Origin: an uncultured Thermodesulfobacteriota bacterium
Lineage (GTDB): Bacteria > Desulfobacterota > WTBG01 > CAIYCZ01 > CAIRTM01
Length of the DNA stretch: 64,000 nucleotides
Reading direction: 5' to 3'
Assembly: GCA_964518865.1 (NCBI GenBank)
Contig: CAZFIB010000008.1
Span: forward strand, 8,443-72,442
Position numbers and translations under genes: made by a program. Below the pieces are notes generated by a model. The model had not been told where the DNA came from, did not search any database, and saw only the letters and a program-made list of their open reading frames with translations. Shown here in pieces: positions 49,633-60,844 of the stretch (its first letter is position 1; the number at the start of each line of letters is the position of its first letter).

Positions 49633-50361
49633 CTAAGAATCCGGGCTGCCGTCAGGCGGCAGCGGATCCGCTGCCGGCTTTGCATCCGGGGGTCGCACAT
49701 AGCGCGGCACGGCATTGCTGAGCATACCGTTGGGGCTGCGCTGCAGGCGCTGCCATACCAGCATGGCGCAGCTTGACGCCCGCGGCACATGAGCGTTTTC
49801 CGGAGCGATGTAAAAACCGGGCACCCCGAGCTCGTCTATCATAGCCCGGTATCGCCCGGCTCCGCTGCCGATAAAAACCACCTGTCCGGAAAGATTCTTA
49901 AGCCACTCCACGGGGCTGACGACGGTCTCCTCACCTGCTCGTTCAAGCCCCGATTCATGCCCCGCCGAATACAGGCAGGTATAAACCTGCTGCTTGCGGG
50001 CATCGATCATGGGGCAGACATACCCCTGGGTGGCGGAAGACTGAAATGCAAGAACATCGAGACTTGAAACACCTGCACACGGTTTGCCCAGTGCGAACGC
50101 AAGCCCCTGTGCCGTGCTGATACCGGTACGCAGGCCGGTAAACGATCCCGGCCCGGTAGAAACGGCAAAAATATCGATGTCCCGGATAGTGGTCCCGCTC
50201 AAGTCGCACAGTGTGTGTATGGCATGAAGAAGTGTCTCGGTGTGATTCTCGGGTTTACTGAGACACAGCTCGCCGGCAAGAGCGCCGTCGGACAGTATGG
50301 CTGTGCTGCAGGACGGCGTCGCGGTATCAAGGCCGAGAATAGTGCAGCGGCTGTCGGTCAT
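49633..50361 (-). CDS. tsaB: tRNA threonylcarbamoyladenosine biosynthesis protein TsaB (inactive Kae1 paralog, YeaZ)
   Basis: ILGLDTATPSCSTAIL...IDIFAVSTGPGSFTGLRTGISTAQGLAFALGKP. Confidence 0.8.
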   Translation of the reverse strand: MTDSRCTILGLDTATPSCSTAILSDGALAGELCLSKPENHTETLLHAIHTLCDLSGTTIRDIDIFAVSTGPGSFTGLRTGISTAQGLAFALGKPCAGVSSLDVLAFQSSATQGYVCPMIDARKQQVYTCLYSAGHESGLERAGEETVVSPVEWLKNLSGQVVFIGSGAGRYRAMIDELGVPGFYIAPENAHVPRASSCAMLVWQRLQRSPNGMLSNAVPRYVRPPDAKPAADPLPPDGSPDS

Positions 50362-50362
50362 G

Positions 50363-51460
50363 CTAACCGGGGTAAAATCTCGTTATATCGTTGTAAAAAA
50401 CAAGCGCCATAATCAGCAGCAAAACCGCCAGGCCGATTTGCTGGGCGATTTCCATTTTTTTCATGCTGACCGGGCTTCCCTTGATCGCTTCGATTATAAG
50501 GAAGAATATATGGCCGCCGTCAAGAATCGGGATAGGCAGCAGATTCAGAACACCGAGGTTGACGCTGATCATCGCCATGAGCATCACAAAGCTCAGCAGG
50601 CCCACTTTTGCAAAATCCCCTGCAAGCTTGCCGATGAGGATGGGGCCGCCGATGTCTTTCCTGCGCTCAACCGGGCTTTTGGCCATAATGCCGAGCCCCA
50701 TAAGCGTCAGCTTCGACCATTTGACCGTGTCGGCGAAACCTTTCCACAGTGCGATATGCGGGGGGTAGCGCACGGTAATAACGGCGTCCTCTGATGCGGA
50801 GCTCATGACGCCGATTTTGAATGATTTGACGTCCTCGCCGAAAATGTTTTTATCATCGCTTATTTCCGGTATCAGCGATGTTGATAAAACAGACCCGTTT
50901 CTGCTTATTTCAATAAGCAGCTCTCCTCCCTTGCTCGATTTGACATGCCGGGAGAGATCGTCCCACAGCTCGACGGGCGCGCCGTTTATCGCGGTAATGA
51001 GATCGCCCTCCCTGATACCGGCCTTGTCTGCCGGCGAGCCCTCAACAACCGAGCCCACCCGTGCCGTCAGGCCGGGGATGCCGATCATATAGACAAAGGT
51101 GAAAATCAGTGCTGCAAATAAAATATTAAAAAACGATCCGGCTGCAAGTACGGCGAACCTGCGGGGAATGCTTTGATGGTTCAGGGAAAACGGCTTGTCC
51201 TCTTCGGAAACAGGTTCTTCCGGTGATTCCCCCAGGGGCTTCACATAGCCCCCAAGCGGTAAAAGGGATATAACGTATTCGGTCTCACCCATTTTTTTCC
51301 CGATAAGCGTGGGGCCGAATCCCAGGGAAAATTTCAGAACACGGATACCGCACAGCTTGGCCACGATGAAATGACCCAGCTCGTGCACAAAAATCAAAAT
51401 ACCCAGCAGCACGGTCGCCGGCACAGCATAGCTGATTATACCCTGAATAAACTGTTCCAC
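50363..51460 (-). CDS. rseP: RIP zinc metalloprotease (site-2 protease) RseP
   Basis: HELGHF zinc motif at the N-terminus, central PDZ domain (GSPADKAGIREGDLITAING), C-terminal LDGGH motif. Confidence 0.85.
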   Translation of the reverse strand: MEQFIQGIISYAVPATVLLGILIFVHELGHFIVAKLCGIRVLKFSLGFGPTLIGKKMGETEYVISLLPLGGYVKPLGESPEEPVSEEDKPFSLNHQSIPRRFAVLAAGSFFNILFAALIFTFVYMIGIPGLTARVGSVVEGSPADKAGIREGDLITAINGAPVELWDDLSRHVKSSKGGELLIEISRNGSVLSTSLIPEISDDKNIFGEDVKSFKIGVMSSASEDAVITVRYPPHIALWKGFADTVKWSKLTLMGLGIMAKSPVERRKDIGGPILIGKLAGDFAKVGLLSFVMLMAMISVNLGVLNLLPIPILDGGHIFFLIIEAIKGSPVSMKKMEIAQQIGLAVLLLIMALVFYNDITRFYPG

Positions 51461-51521
51461 AGCATCGATTCTCCGGATAGATTCATGTCGTCAGTAAACG
51501 TATTTCACGGCTCTGCGTGTT

Positions 51522-52676
51522 TTACACGGCAGCTCTCAATTCTCGTGCCGTACTGCGTGCCCATGTATCGATGTCGATAATATGCTCGATACTTTCAGCC
51601 TCGGTCGTCTCGAAACGTTCCATGACCCGTTCGATAAGAAGGGGTATTGACTGAAAGCCTATCCGGCCATTGAGAAACTCCTCGACGGCAATCTCATTGG
51701 CACCGTTCATAGCAACCGGCATAAGGCCGCCCTCGCGAAGGGCCTCATAGGCAAGTTCCAGACAGGGGAATCGCTTCGTATCGGGTGCTTCAAACGTCAG
51801 CTTCGACGAGTCGGCAAAGCTGAGCGGCTCCATAATATTTTCAAGCCGCTCCGGTACGGACAGCGCATAGGCGATAGGCCCCTTCATGTCGGGAACTGAA
51901 AGCTGTGCAAAAATGCTTCCGTCAAGAAACTCGACCATTGAGTGAATGATGCTTTGCGGATGAACCACCACCCGGATTCTGTCGGGTGTCAGGCCGAACA
52001 GCCAGTGGGCCTCTATAATTTCAAGCCCCTTGTTCATCAGGGTTGCCGAGTCGATGGTTACTTTCCGGCCCATGTCCCAGCGCGGGTGCCGAAGTGCCTG
52101 CGCCGGTGACACATTGTGCAGTTCTTCGGCCGGTGTGTTTAAAAAAGGACCGCCCGAGGCCGTTAAAATAATACTGCGTACCTCTTTCTGGTCATGCCCC
52201 TGCATCAGCTGGTAAATGGCGCTGTGCTCGCTGTCAACCGGAACAATGCGGGAGCCGTTCTCTCCGGCAATCCGGTTTATCAGGGCGCCTGCCATAACCA
52301 GAGACTCCTTGTTGGCAAGCGCGATATCCTTGCCCGCACATACCGCATCATAGGTCGGCCGCAGCCCGGCAGAACCCGATATGGCGGCAACCACGATATC
52401 GGCGGCCTCAAGGGTTGCTACGCATGAGGCACCTTCAGCCCCCGAACAGACAGCGGCCCGGGTGCCGATCCGCTTTTGCAGCTCATCGGCTGCCTGCCCA
52501 TCGGCAAGGCTTACCGTATGCGGTCGAAAGGCCTCCGCCTGTGCGGCCATGCGTTCAACGTCCGACCCGGCGGCAAGCCCTACCACACTGTACCGGTCCG
52601 GAAACCGTCCGACCACCTCCAGCGTACTGCGTCCGATGGATCCGGTCGATCCAAGCAGTGAAATCCTTACGGTCAC
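51522..52676 (-). CDS. dxr: 1-deoxy-D-xylulose 5-phosphate reductoisomerase
   Basis: ISLLGSTGSIGRSTLEVV NADPH-binding N-terminus and conserved Dxr core (LANKESLV, DSEHSAI). Confidence 0.9.
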   Translation of the reverse strand: MTVRISLLGSTGSIGRSTLEVVGRFPDRYSVVGLAAGSDVERMAAQAEAFRPHTVSLADGQAADELQKRIGTRAAVCSGAEGASCVATLEAADIVVAAISGSAGLRPTYDAVCAGKDIALANKESLVMAGALINRIAGENGSRIVPVDSEHSAIYQLMQGHDQKEVRSIILTASGGPFLNTPAEELHNVSPAQALRHPRWDMGRKVTIDSATLMNKGLEIIEAHWLFGLTPDRIRVVVHPQSIIHSMVEFLDGSIFAQLSVPDMKGPIAYALSVPERLENIMEPLSFADSSKLTFEAPDTKRFPCLELAYEALREGGLMPVAMNGANEIAVEEFLNGRIGFQSIPLLIERVMERFETTEAESIEHIIDIDTWARSTARELRAAV

Positions 52677-53482
52677 GGCAAAAACACCTCGGCGTAATAA
52701 AAAACAAACGGTGCGGCAAACACCAGGCTGTCGATTCTATCGAGCACGCCGCCGTGTCCCGGCACCAGCGTGCCCGAATCCTTGACATGATATGAACGCT
52801 TGATGAGCGACTCGATGAGGTCGCCGATCTGATTGAAAATGTTTATGCCGAGCGCCAGATACAGGCACTTGACGGCACCGAGCTCCTGAAAAAAAAGACT
52901 TCGGTACAAAAGACCTGCTGCAATACCCGTCAGCAGACCGCCGCAGGCTCCCTCTACGGTCTTGCGCGGGCTTATGTGCTGACACAGGGGTAGCCTGCCC
53001 AGCCAGGTACCGATGAAATAGGCTCCCGAATCACCGGCCCAGGTGATAAAAAGCAGCAGAAAAAGCAGGTCGACGCCGTCCGTTCTGTAGCGGACGGCTA
53101 TCATATAGGACAAAAGCACCGGGATATAACCGATGCCCAGAAAGGTCACACCGATACGAATTCCGGCATGCTCGGTACGCGAGCCGAAAAACAACTGGCA
53201 GAGAAAAAGCGTGAAGATACTCACGACCAATGCGATCTGCAGTGCCCCGATCGCACCGGTTTCGCCCTGGATGAACGCCGAACCGGCGACACCGCAGCCG
53301 AGCACCACAGTCAGTATGCGCTCCCATCGCCGGCCGTCGGATACGGTCATCACAAGATATTCGTTCAGGGCGGCGGCCGCCAGCAGAACAAGCAGCAGTG
53401 AAAAAAAACCGGGGCTGCTGAAGCGGACCGCGCAGATGATTACAGGAATACCGATAGCGGCTGTTACGATTCTTTGCAGCAT
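52673..53482 (-). CDS. cdsA: phosphatidate cytidylyltransferase
   Basis: Polytopic membrane protein with the C-terminal CdsA signature SLIKRSYHVKDSGTLVPGHGGVLDRIDS. Overlaps dxr by 4 nt. Confidence 0.8.
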   Translation of the reverse strand: MLQRIVTAAIGIPVIICAVRFSSPGFFSLLLVLLAAAALNEYLVMTVSDGRRWERILTVVLGCGVAGSAFIQGETGAIGALQIALVVSIFTLFLCQLFFGSRTEHAGIRIGVTFLGIGYIPVLLSYMIAVRYRTDGVDLLFLLLFITWAGDSGAYFIGTWLGRLPLCQHISPRKTVEGACGGLLTGIAAGLLYRSLFFQELGAVKCLYLALGINIFNQIGDLIESLIKRSYHVKDSGTLVPGHGGVLDRIDSLVFAAPFVFYYAEVFLP

Positions 53483-53576
53483 GCACCGTCACCTTTTGGC
53501 ACAATGGTGTGATTGTGTATTACACGCTTGCAGTGTGCACGGCAACAGCCGTCCCCAACCACACTGAGGACACCGG

Positions 53577-54320
53577 CTATCCCGCATTGATCTGCTCGTC
53601 GGTTTTTCCGAAGCGCCGTCGACGACGCTGATAGTCGGCAAGGGCATTCATGAAATGCTCCCTGGAAAAATCAGGCCACAGCACATCCGTTACGAATATT
53701 TCCGTATATGCTATCTGCCATAACAGAAAGTTGCTCACCCTGAGCTCGCCGCTCGTTCGGATAAGCAGATCGGGGTCCGGCTGTGCACCGGTATCAAGAT
53801 GCCCTGCAAGCGTCTCTTCGCTGATACTTTCAGGCGCCAGGTCCCCCGCCTTGACCTTCAGGGCAATACGGCGGACCGCTCTGACGAGATCGTCACGGCC
53901 GCTGTAGCTCAATGCAACATTCAAAACCATGCCGGTGTTGCTGCGGGTGAGCGCCATACCGTCTTCAACAAGATCGAGCACATCCTGCGGCAGCTGGCCG
54001 ATATCGCCGATTGCCTGTACCCTGACATTTTTTTTATGCAGCTCCCCGATTTCCGACCTGATAAAACTCTTGAGCAGGCTCATCAGCGCTTTGATCTCTT
54101 TTTTGGGCCTTCGCCAGTTTTCCGTCGAAAAAGCATACAGTGTCAGCACCTGGATGCCGAGATCGCGGGAGGTCTTTACGACCATACGAACGGACTCCAT
54201 GCCTTTTCGATGACCCATAATGCGTTCAAGTGCACGCTTTTTGGCCCATCTCCCGTTGCCATCCATAATGATGGCGATATGCTGCGGAAGTCTTTCCTTG
54301 TCAAGAAATAGAGAGTCCAT
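53577..54320 (-). CDS. uppS: isoprenyl transferase / undecaprenyl-diphosphate synthase
   Basis: HIAIIMDGNGRWAKKR ... TLYAFSTENWRRP ... ELRVSNFLLWQIAYTE. Confidence 0.9.
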   Translation of the reverse strand: MDSLFLDKERLPQHIAIIMDGNGRWAKKRALERIMGHRKGMESVRMVVKTSRDLGIQVLTLYAFSTENWRRPKKEIKALMSLLKSFIRSEIGELHKKNVRVQAIGDIGQLPQDVLDLVEDGMALTRSNTGMVLNVALSYSGRDDLVRAVRRIALKVKAGDLAPESISEETLAGHLDTGAQPDPDLLIRTSGELRVSNFLLWQIAYTEIFVTDVLWPDFSREHFMNALADYQRRRRRFGKTDEQINAG

Positions 54321-54668
54321 TCGCTGCGCCTACGCCTGCTGCAATCAAAGCGTCTATGAAAATAGCAAAAAAAAACAGCTGCCTCAAGGCAAATATGCTG
54401 TTCCTGCACACGGTACGTCCCCTGAAATACCGCCCGCAGCCTCTTTTCATCCCGGTTGCAAAAATCCTACTCCTGCGTTTCCGCCCGGATTCCGGCGTGA
54501 TGCAAGCAACCACCCCCTGCTGTTTCTGCAAAATACGGGGTATGCATGAATCGGAACGCGGCCGGTCGGCATGCAGACGGCATCACCCGTACCGCTGTCC
54601 CGGAAGGATACTGTAGGGAAAAACAGAGTGCTGGAGGGCTGCAGGTCTTCACAGGCTCTGCAGTAGCT

Positions 54669-54842
54669 TCATGATTCCTCAACAATTGCCTCGGCAGGGC
54701 AGACATCGGCGCAGGTGCCGCACTCGGTGCATGTATCCTGATTGATGTGATAGGTGCCGTCGGCTTCGCTGATCGCCTCAACAGGGCATTCCTCTGCACA
54801 CGTGCCGCACGAAACGCACTCCGATGTTATTCTGTAAGCCAT
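54669..54842 (-). CDS. small 2x[4Fe-4S] ferredoxin (57 aa)
   Basis: MAYRITSECVSCGTCAEECPVEAISEADGTYHINQDTCTECGTCADVCPAEAIVEES carries two CxxCxxCxxxCP motifs. Below the 60-aa cutoff of the ORF track. Confidence 0.6.
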   Translation of the reverse strand: MAYRITSECVSCGTCAEECPVEAISEADGTYHINQDTCTECGTCADVCPAEAIVEES

Positions 54843-54859
54843 GGGGACAGCCTCCCGGA

Positions 54860-55423
54860 TTAAAACTCAAGAATTTCCTGCTCTTTCGTCTTGGTCAGGG
54901 TATCGCACTGTGCAATATAGTCATCAGTCACTTTTTGAACCTCGTCCTGAGCACGAAACATATCGTCTTCCGAAAACTCGCTTTTCTTATCGTTCTTCAT
55001 GTCTTTGAGGTCGTCATTGGTCTTGCGACGATGATTTCTGATGGAAATTTTGCAGTTCTCCGACATTTTTTTTACAAGCTTTACAAGCTCCTGTCTGCGT
55101 TCCTCGGTAAGCGGGGGTATTGCAACACGGATGATTTTTCCATCATTGCCCGGCGTAAGCCCCAGGTCGGCTTTGAGAATTGCTTTTTCGATTTCTTTAA
55201 GCACCTGTGCATCCCACGGCTGTATCGTAATCAGCCGGGCTTCGGGTATGGACAGGGTTGCAAGCTGATTCAGCGGTGTGGGCGTACCGTAATAATCGAC
55301 GCGAATGCCGTCAAGCAGCGATATGGAAGCCCTGCCGGTACGCACCTTGCTGAATTCTTTTTCCAGAGCCTGAATGGTTTTATCCATCTCCGACTTCAGT
55401 GAATCGATATATTCTTTTTCCAT
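54860..55423 (-). CDS. frr: ribosome recycling factor
   Basis: Full-length match to the Frr pattern (ALEKEFSKVRTGRASISLLDGIRVDYYG...). Confidence 0.9.
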   Translation of the reverse strand: MEKEYIDSLKSEMDKTIQALEKEFSKVRTGRASISLLDGIRVDYYGTPTPLNQLATLSIPEARLITIQPWDAQVLKEIEKAILKADLGLTPGNDGKIIRVAIPPLTEERRQELVKLVKKMSENCKISIRNHRRKTNDDLKDMKNDKKSEFSEDDMFRAQDEVQKVTDDYIAQCDTLTKTKEQEILEF

Positions 55424-55425
55424 GA

Positions 55426-56765
<1,340 letters not shown>

Positions 56766-56790
56766 ATCCTTTCAACCTCCCTGTTCGAGA

Positions 56791-57549
56791 TTATTCAGAA
56801 GCCTCCTCCATGACCGCCTGAGCTTCCTTGGCTGCTGCAACCGCCTCCTGTTCGATACGCTCCTGACGCTTTTGGCCGCCCTCGATGCACGCGTCGGCTA
56901 TGCGTGCGCTGAACAGCTTAACCGCCCTGATGGCGTCGTCGTTTGCCGGTATCAGATAATCTATATCATCCGGATCGGAATTGGTATCCACAAGCGCTAC
57001 TATGGGAATATTCAGCTTTCTGGCTTCCGAAACAGCGATTTTTTCCTTTTTGGGGTCGACGACGAACAGCACATGAGGGATGTGCTTCATATCGCGTATA
57101 CCGTTGAAGACATAGTTCAGCTTTTCGATTTCCCGCTCAAACCCCAGAACTTCCTTTTTCTTGAAGCTCTCGAAACTGCCGTCATCGCGCATCTGCTCGA
57201 GCGTTTTCATGCGCTCTATGCTTTTCTTGATGGTTTGAAAATTCGTCAAAAAGCCGCCCAGCCATCTGTTGGTGACATAAAACATTCCGGCCCGCTCGGC
57301 CTCCTGAGTTATGGCTTCCTGAGCCTGACGCTTGGTGCCGACAAACATCACCGTTCCACCTTCGGAAACCGTATCAACGATAAACTGATAGGCCTCCTTG
57401 AAAAGGACCACTGTTTTCTGCAGGTCGATAATGTGAATGCCGTTGCGGGCACCGAAAATAAATGATTTCATTTTCGGATTCCACTTGCTGGTCTGGTGGC
57501 CGAAGTGCACACCTGCTTCGAGCAGCTGCTTCATGGTAATTGCTGACAT
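56791..57549 (-). CDS. rpsB: 30S ribosomal protein S2
   Basis: [27 protein letters not shown]... RBS AGGAGG 7 nt upstream. Confidence 0.9.
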   Translation of the reverse strand: MSAITMKQLLEAGVHFGHQTSKWNPKMKSFIFGARNGIHIIDLQKTVVLFKEAYQFIVDTVSEGGTVMFVGTKRQAQEAITQEAERAGMFYVTNRWLGGFLTNFQTIKKSIERMKTLEQMRDDGSFESFKKKEVLGFEREIEKLNYVFNGIRDMKHIPHVLFVVDPKKEKIAVSEARKLNIPIVALVDTNSDPDDIDYLIPANDDAIRAVKLFSARIADACIEGGQKRQERIEQEAVAAAKEAQAVMEEASE

Positions 57550-57950
57550 GACAAACCTCCTGTTCCTTTTCCGGCGGCACGGTTTATTGTGCGCTGTGTC
57601 TGCGGCACAACAGGGCCTCGATCCGAGAGCCCTTTCCCGCCCACCGCCGGGAAAAGCGTTAATAGAATAAAACTTCCTTGGTGCTGTTAGAATCCTGCCT
57701 GATATATTAAGAGGATAATAACATTTTAAGTAAATTTATTTTGTTTATCACATTAATAAATATTATGCAAGATAAAATAATCAATAAAAAGCAGTCAGCT
57801 CCGTCCAGAGGGCGTGGAGTAAGGATGGCGCCCCCGGAGGGGCATCACGTCTTTCAGCCCCGTAGTGACCGCGCCGAGCCTGTGCCCCGTGCCGCTGAAA
57901 CAAGGGCCAGAAAGCCGGTCGGGATACCGTCATTCAGGCCGTCGAATGGG

Positions 57951-58331
57951 TTAGCGAATATGCACCTCCTGAATACGCGAGGACACATACCGCTTTATGG
58001 AGCGCTTGATCGGTTCGCGCGTGAAGGGTACCAGCAGAATGAAACCCGCGGCATCCGTCATGAGCCCCGGTGTAATAAGAAACGCGCCGGCGACGAGAAT
58101 CAGGACACCGTTAAAAAGCTCATCACCCGGAAAAACGCCCTCGTTCATGTTGCGGCGAATCCGCCACAGGCACTGAATGCCCGCCGCCCTGACAAGCACG
58201 GCACCGACAAGTCCCGTTATGATGACGATCAGGATCGTATCAAAGGTTCCGATCAGGGTACCTATCTTGATCAGCAGGGCCAGCTCCAGAAAAGGCACGA
58301 CCGTAAACAGCAAAAAAAATTTGAAAACCAT
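57951..58331 (-). CDS. fxsA: FxsA-family cytoplasmic membrane protein
   Basis: MVFKFFLLFTVVPFLELALLIKIG ... ITPGLMTDAAGFILLVP matches FxsA. Confidence 0.7.
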   Translation of the reverse strand: MVFKFFLLFTVVPFLELALLIKIGTLIGTFDTILIVIITGLVGAVLVRAAGIQCLWRIRRNMNEGVFPGDELFNGVLILVAGAFLITPGLMTDAAGFILLVPFTREPIKRSIKRYVSSRIQEVHIR

Positions 58332-58343
58332 GTGCGCTCCGAT

Positions 58344-59462
58344 TCACAGCAAATGCTGTTTCAGAAATTCGTACACCTCTTCTTTTGCAGGCGGACAGGC
58401 GGGCAGACAGGGGCGCCGGCCGGCTGCTTCCGTGCAGCGCCCCAGGTACACTATCCTGTCCGCTGTCGTGCAGGACGATGCGGGCCCGCACACGACGACA
58501 GACTGATCATGCGGTAGCAGGCCTTCCCGGTCGAACCGGTGAAGCGCATGAAACAGCGGTATCAGACAGCCGCTGCAGGCTTTTTCAGCATAAAGTGTCA
58601 GGGCGGGAAAAGTCCTGCGGATAAAAGCCTCGGGCTGTTCGAAATTCATCGACAGCTCCTTTACATCCTCTCCCTGAATATCGATACGCGCAAGGTCCAT
58701 TTCCCCGAGTCCGGCTGCATGCCCCAGCCGGACGGTTTCGATTGCCGATGGGTCCATGCCCATTAACGAGGCGGTCACCGCATCGGCTGCGACAATGTCC
58801 GTTGCGGCAAGCAGAAAGCCTGCGTTGCGGTGCAGGGGCGCGGTGCAGTCGATAATGTTGAGCGCCGGCCTGATCATGCGGTTCAGCTCGGTTACCGAAC
58901 CGTGTATGCCGCTTTTTCCGCAGTAGTGGAACGAGGGCTTGTCCTCGCGCCGGATAAACCCTTTGAGGTTTTTCATGGCGATTGAAACGGTTGTCAGGTA
59001 ATGCGTCTTGGGCACCGGAACGTTTATAATGCAGTCCCAGGCAAACGCATGCTCTGAAAGAGCGAAGCGCGCCGGGAGTGCCGGGGAATGGTTTGTGAAC
59101 ACGCGCATCGGCCCCTCGTCGAACAGTATCCACTCGACGCCCTGCCTCTCGGCTGCGCGGGCAGTGCCCGTGTCGGTAAAACACCGTCGCAGCGCCGAAC
59201 GCGGCTGAAAATAGCTCGGGCCCTCGCCGACAGCTATTTTTTTCGCCCCTGCTTTTTTGCACCAGACGATGATCGCTTCGACAAGGTCGGGATTGGTGGT
59301 CTGGCCCGATGTGCAGGGCAGCGGCTCGACAAGGTTAGGTTTGATGAGGACAGATCGGCCGCTGAGCCGCACTTCGCTTTCAAACGGCTGCAGAAGTTCG
59401 TAAAGCGATTTTTCGATACTGCCCGTTATTCTGGCAATCGATACGACAGGTGCGGCAGGCAT
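58344..59462 (-). CDS. DUF362 domain protein with C-terminal Cys-rich (Fe-S-like) region
   Basis: LIKPNLVEP...AVGEG...VPKTHYLTTVSIAMKNLKG ... CSGCLIP. Confidence 0.55.
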   Translation of the reverse strand: MPAAPVVSIARITGSIEKSLYELLQPFESEVRLSGRSVLIKPNLVEPLPCTSGQTTNPDLVEAIIVWCKKAGAKKIAVGEGPSYFQPRSALRRCFTDTGTARAAERQGVEWILFDEGPMRVFTNHSPALPARFALSEHAFAWDCIINVPVPKTHYLTTVSIAMKNLKGFIRREDKPSFHYCGKSGIHGSVTELNRMIRPALNIIDCTAPLHRNAGFLLAATDIVAADAVTASLMGMDPSAIETVRLGHAAGLGEMDLARIDIQGEDVKELSMNFEQPEAFIRRTFPALTLYAEKACSGCLIPLFHALHRFDREGLLPHDQSVVVCGPASSCTTADRIVYLGRCTEAAGRRPCLPACPPAKEEVYEFLKQHLL

Positions 59463-59577
59463 ACATTAAACATAATACAGCCTGCTTCTTGTGTCCAATC
59501 TTAATCATGACTGTTTTAATTTTCCCGATGCCCGTCGGGTGAAGTGAACCTGCAGGAGCTGCTTCAGCTGTGATCTT

Positions 59578-59684
59578 TTTTCGCGGCCGGAGGCCGCTCC
59601 TACCGGGTGTGTGGAATATACCGGCGCTTTGCAGGAGACCGCTCTGGGTGCGAAAGGGCTCGCGGCCGGAGGCCGCTCCTGCCC
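59578..59684. repeat. two copies of a GC-rich REP-like palindrome TCGCGGCCGGAGGCCGCTCCT, 78 bp apart
   Basis: Identical 21-mers at 59580-59600 and 59661-59681, each containing the stem GCGGCC/GGCCGC. Confidence 0.5.
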
Positions 59685-59815
59685 GGCAACGCTCTATCTT
59701 TTGCATGCCATAACCGTATTATAATACAGTCAAATGCCCGCAATGACACGCCGGCCTTTTTAACTGCTGCGTTCAGCTTTGGGGAACATGCATGCAGAAA
59801 AGAATCGCCTCTCAG

Positions 59816-59952
59816 CAGGCGTAGGGTGGGTGCAGCAAAGCGTAACCCACCACTATAAGCGATGACAAAAGTCCCGTGACGGTGGGTTTCGCTACACAGA
59901 TACACGCAGGCACGGCGCGATACCTTCTACCACAGACAGCGTACCGGATATT
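59816..59952. repeat. copy 1 of a 135-bp direct repeat (copy 2 at 60155-60290, 3 mismatches) containing a GGTGGGT...ACCCACC hairpin
   Basis: GCAGGCGTAGGGTGGGTGCAGCAAAGCGTAACCCACCACTATAAGCGATGACAAAAGTCCCGTGACGG... repeated. Brackets the C-terminal fragment of the PIN gene. Confidence 0.8.
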
Positions 59953-60329
59953 GCCGTATAAGAGGGTCGGGGGTCATGACGGCATACCCGTTCATGATCG
60001 CCTGGCAGACGAGCATGCGGTCAAAGAAATCCTTGTGCAGAGACGGAAGCCGCTCGGCATAAAGCGCGGAGTCCTCGTCAAGGGGGAGCTGCTGTATGCC
60101 GTGCCGATCCCGCTGATGCGGTATGAAACCGGCGGGGGATTCCGGCAGCGTCCGCAGGCGTAGGGTGGGTGCAGCAAAGCGTAACCCACCACTATAAGCG
60201 ATGACAAAAGTCCCGTGACGGTGGGTTTCGCTGCACAAATACACGCAGGCACGGCGCGATACCTTCTACCACAGACAGCGTACCGGATATGATCCAGAGA
60301 AAGGTACAGGTATCAAGAATCAGCTTCAT
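59927..60329 (-). pseudogene. PIN-domain toxin gene disrupted by the 135-bp repeat rearrangement
   Basis: N-terminus MKLILDTCTFLWIISG (start 60329, overlapping the antitoxin stop) runs into repeat copy 2 and terminates. The PIN C-terminus (DRMLVCQAIMNGYAVMTPDPLIRQYP) is in another frame at 59927-60154. Confidence 0.5.
60155..60290. repeat. copy 2 of the 135-bp direct repeat
   Basis: See 59816-59952. Confidence 0.8.
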
Positions 60330-60570
60330 CGGAAATGCCGTAAAAAGAGTCAATAAGCTCTTCGGGTAACGGCTTGAAAAAATCATCAGGAACGGAAAAC
60401 GTACCGTGTGCAAGTCCGATCGGCCTTTTGCCGTCAGCTGCTTTCGGCAGCGGTTTTATTTCAGCAATCGGTATATTTCTTCTGCACAGCTGTATTGTTT
60501 CCCCTTTTTCAAGATATGCAAGGTACTTTGAGAGATGTGTTTTGGCTTCATGGATGTTGATCTTAATCAT
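60313..60570 (-). CDS. Phd/YefM-type antitoxin
   Basis: MIKINIHEAKTHLSKYLAYLEKGETIQLCRRNIPIAEIKPL ... DDFFKPLPEELIDSF. Confidence 0.65.
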   Translation of the reverse strand: MIKINIHEAKTHLSKYLAYLEKGETIQLCRRNIPIAEIKPLPKAADGKRPIGLAHGTFSVPDDFFKPLPEELIDSFYGISDEADS

Positions 60571-60844
60571 GACTACTTTACAGATTAAATACGTGACTAA
60601 GTCATTGCCAGGTTGTTAAAAAAGTCATTTTTTAAGGCTGTTGAAACATGCCCGGATTGCTTGGCACGTTGAGCGAAGCGAAATCCCGCTCTGCGGGAGC
60701 GCGCGAAATCATGAGGAAGCCCCCGACTGAAGAACCCAGGATCCCGCATTAAATCATGGAAGGCATGCCTATAAAATAATATTTGACATGTATTTCGTCA
60801 TTTGTCATGATATTTGACATTAAAGATACACGGCTGGTGATGCC

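Noticed and set aside
57741-57950. candidate structured RNA between fxsA and the rpsB promoter (GC-rich hairpins followed by a T-run on the minus strand)
   Set aside because: Compared mentally with SRP RNA, tmRNA, RNase P and 6S features and found no diagnostic motif. More likely the fxsA terminator plus the rpsB leader.
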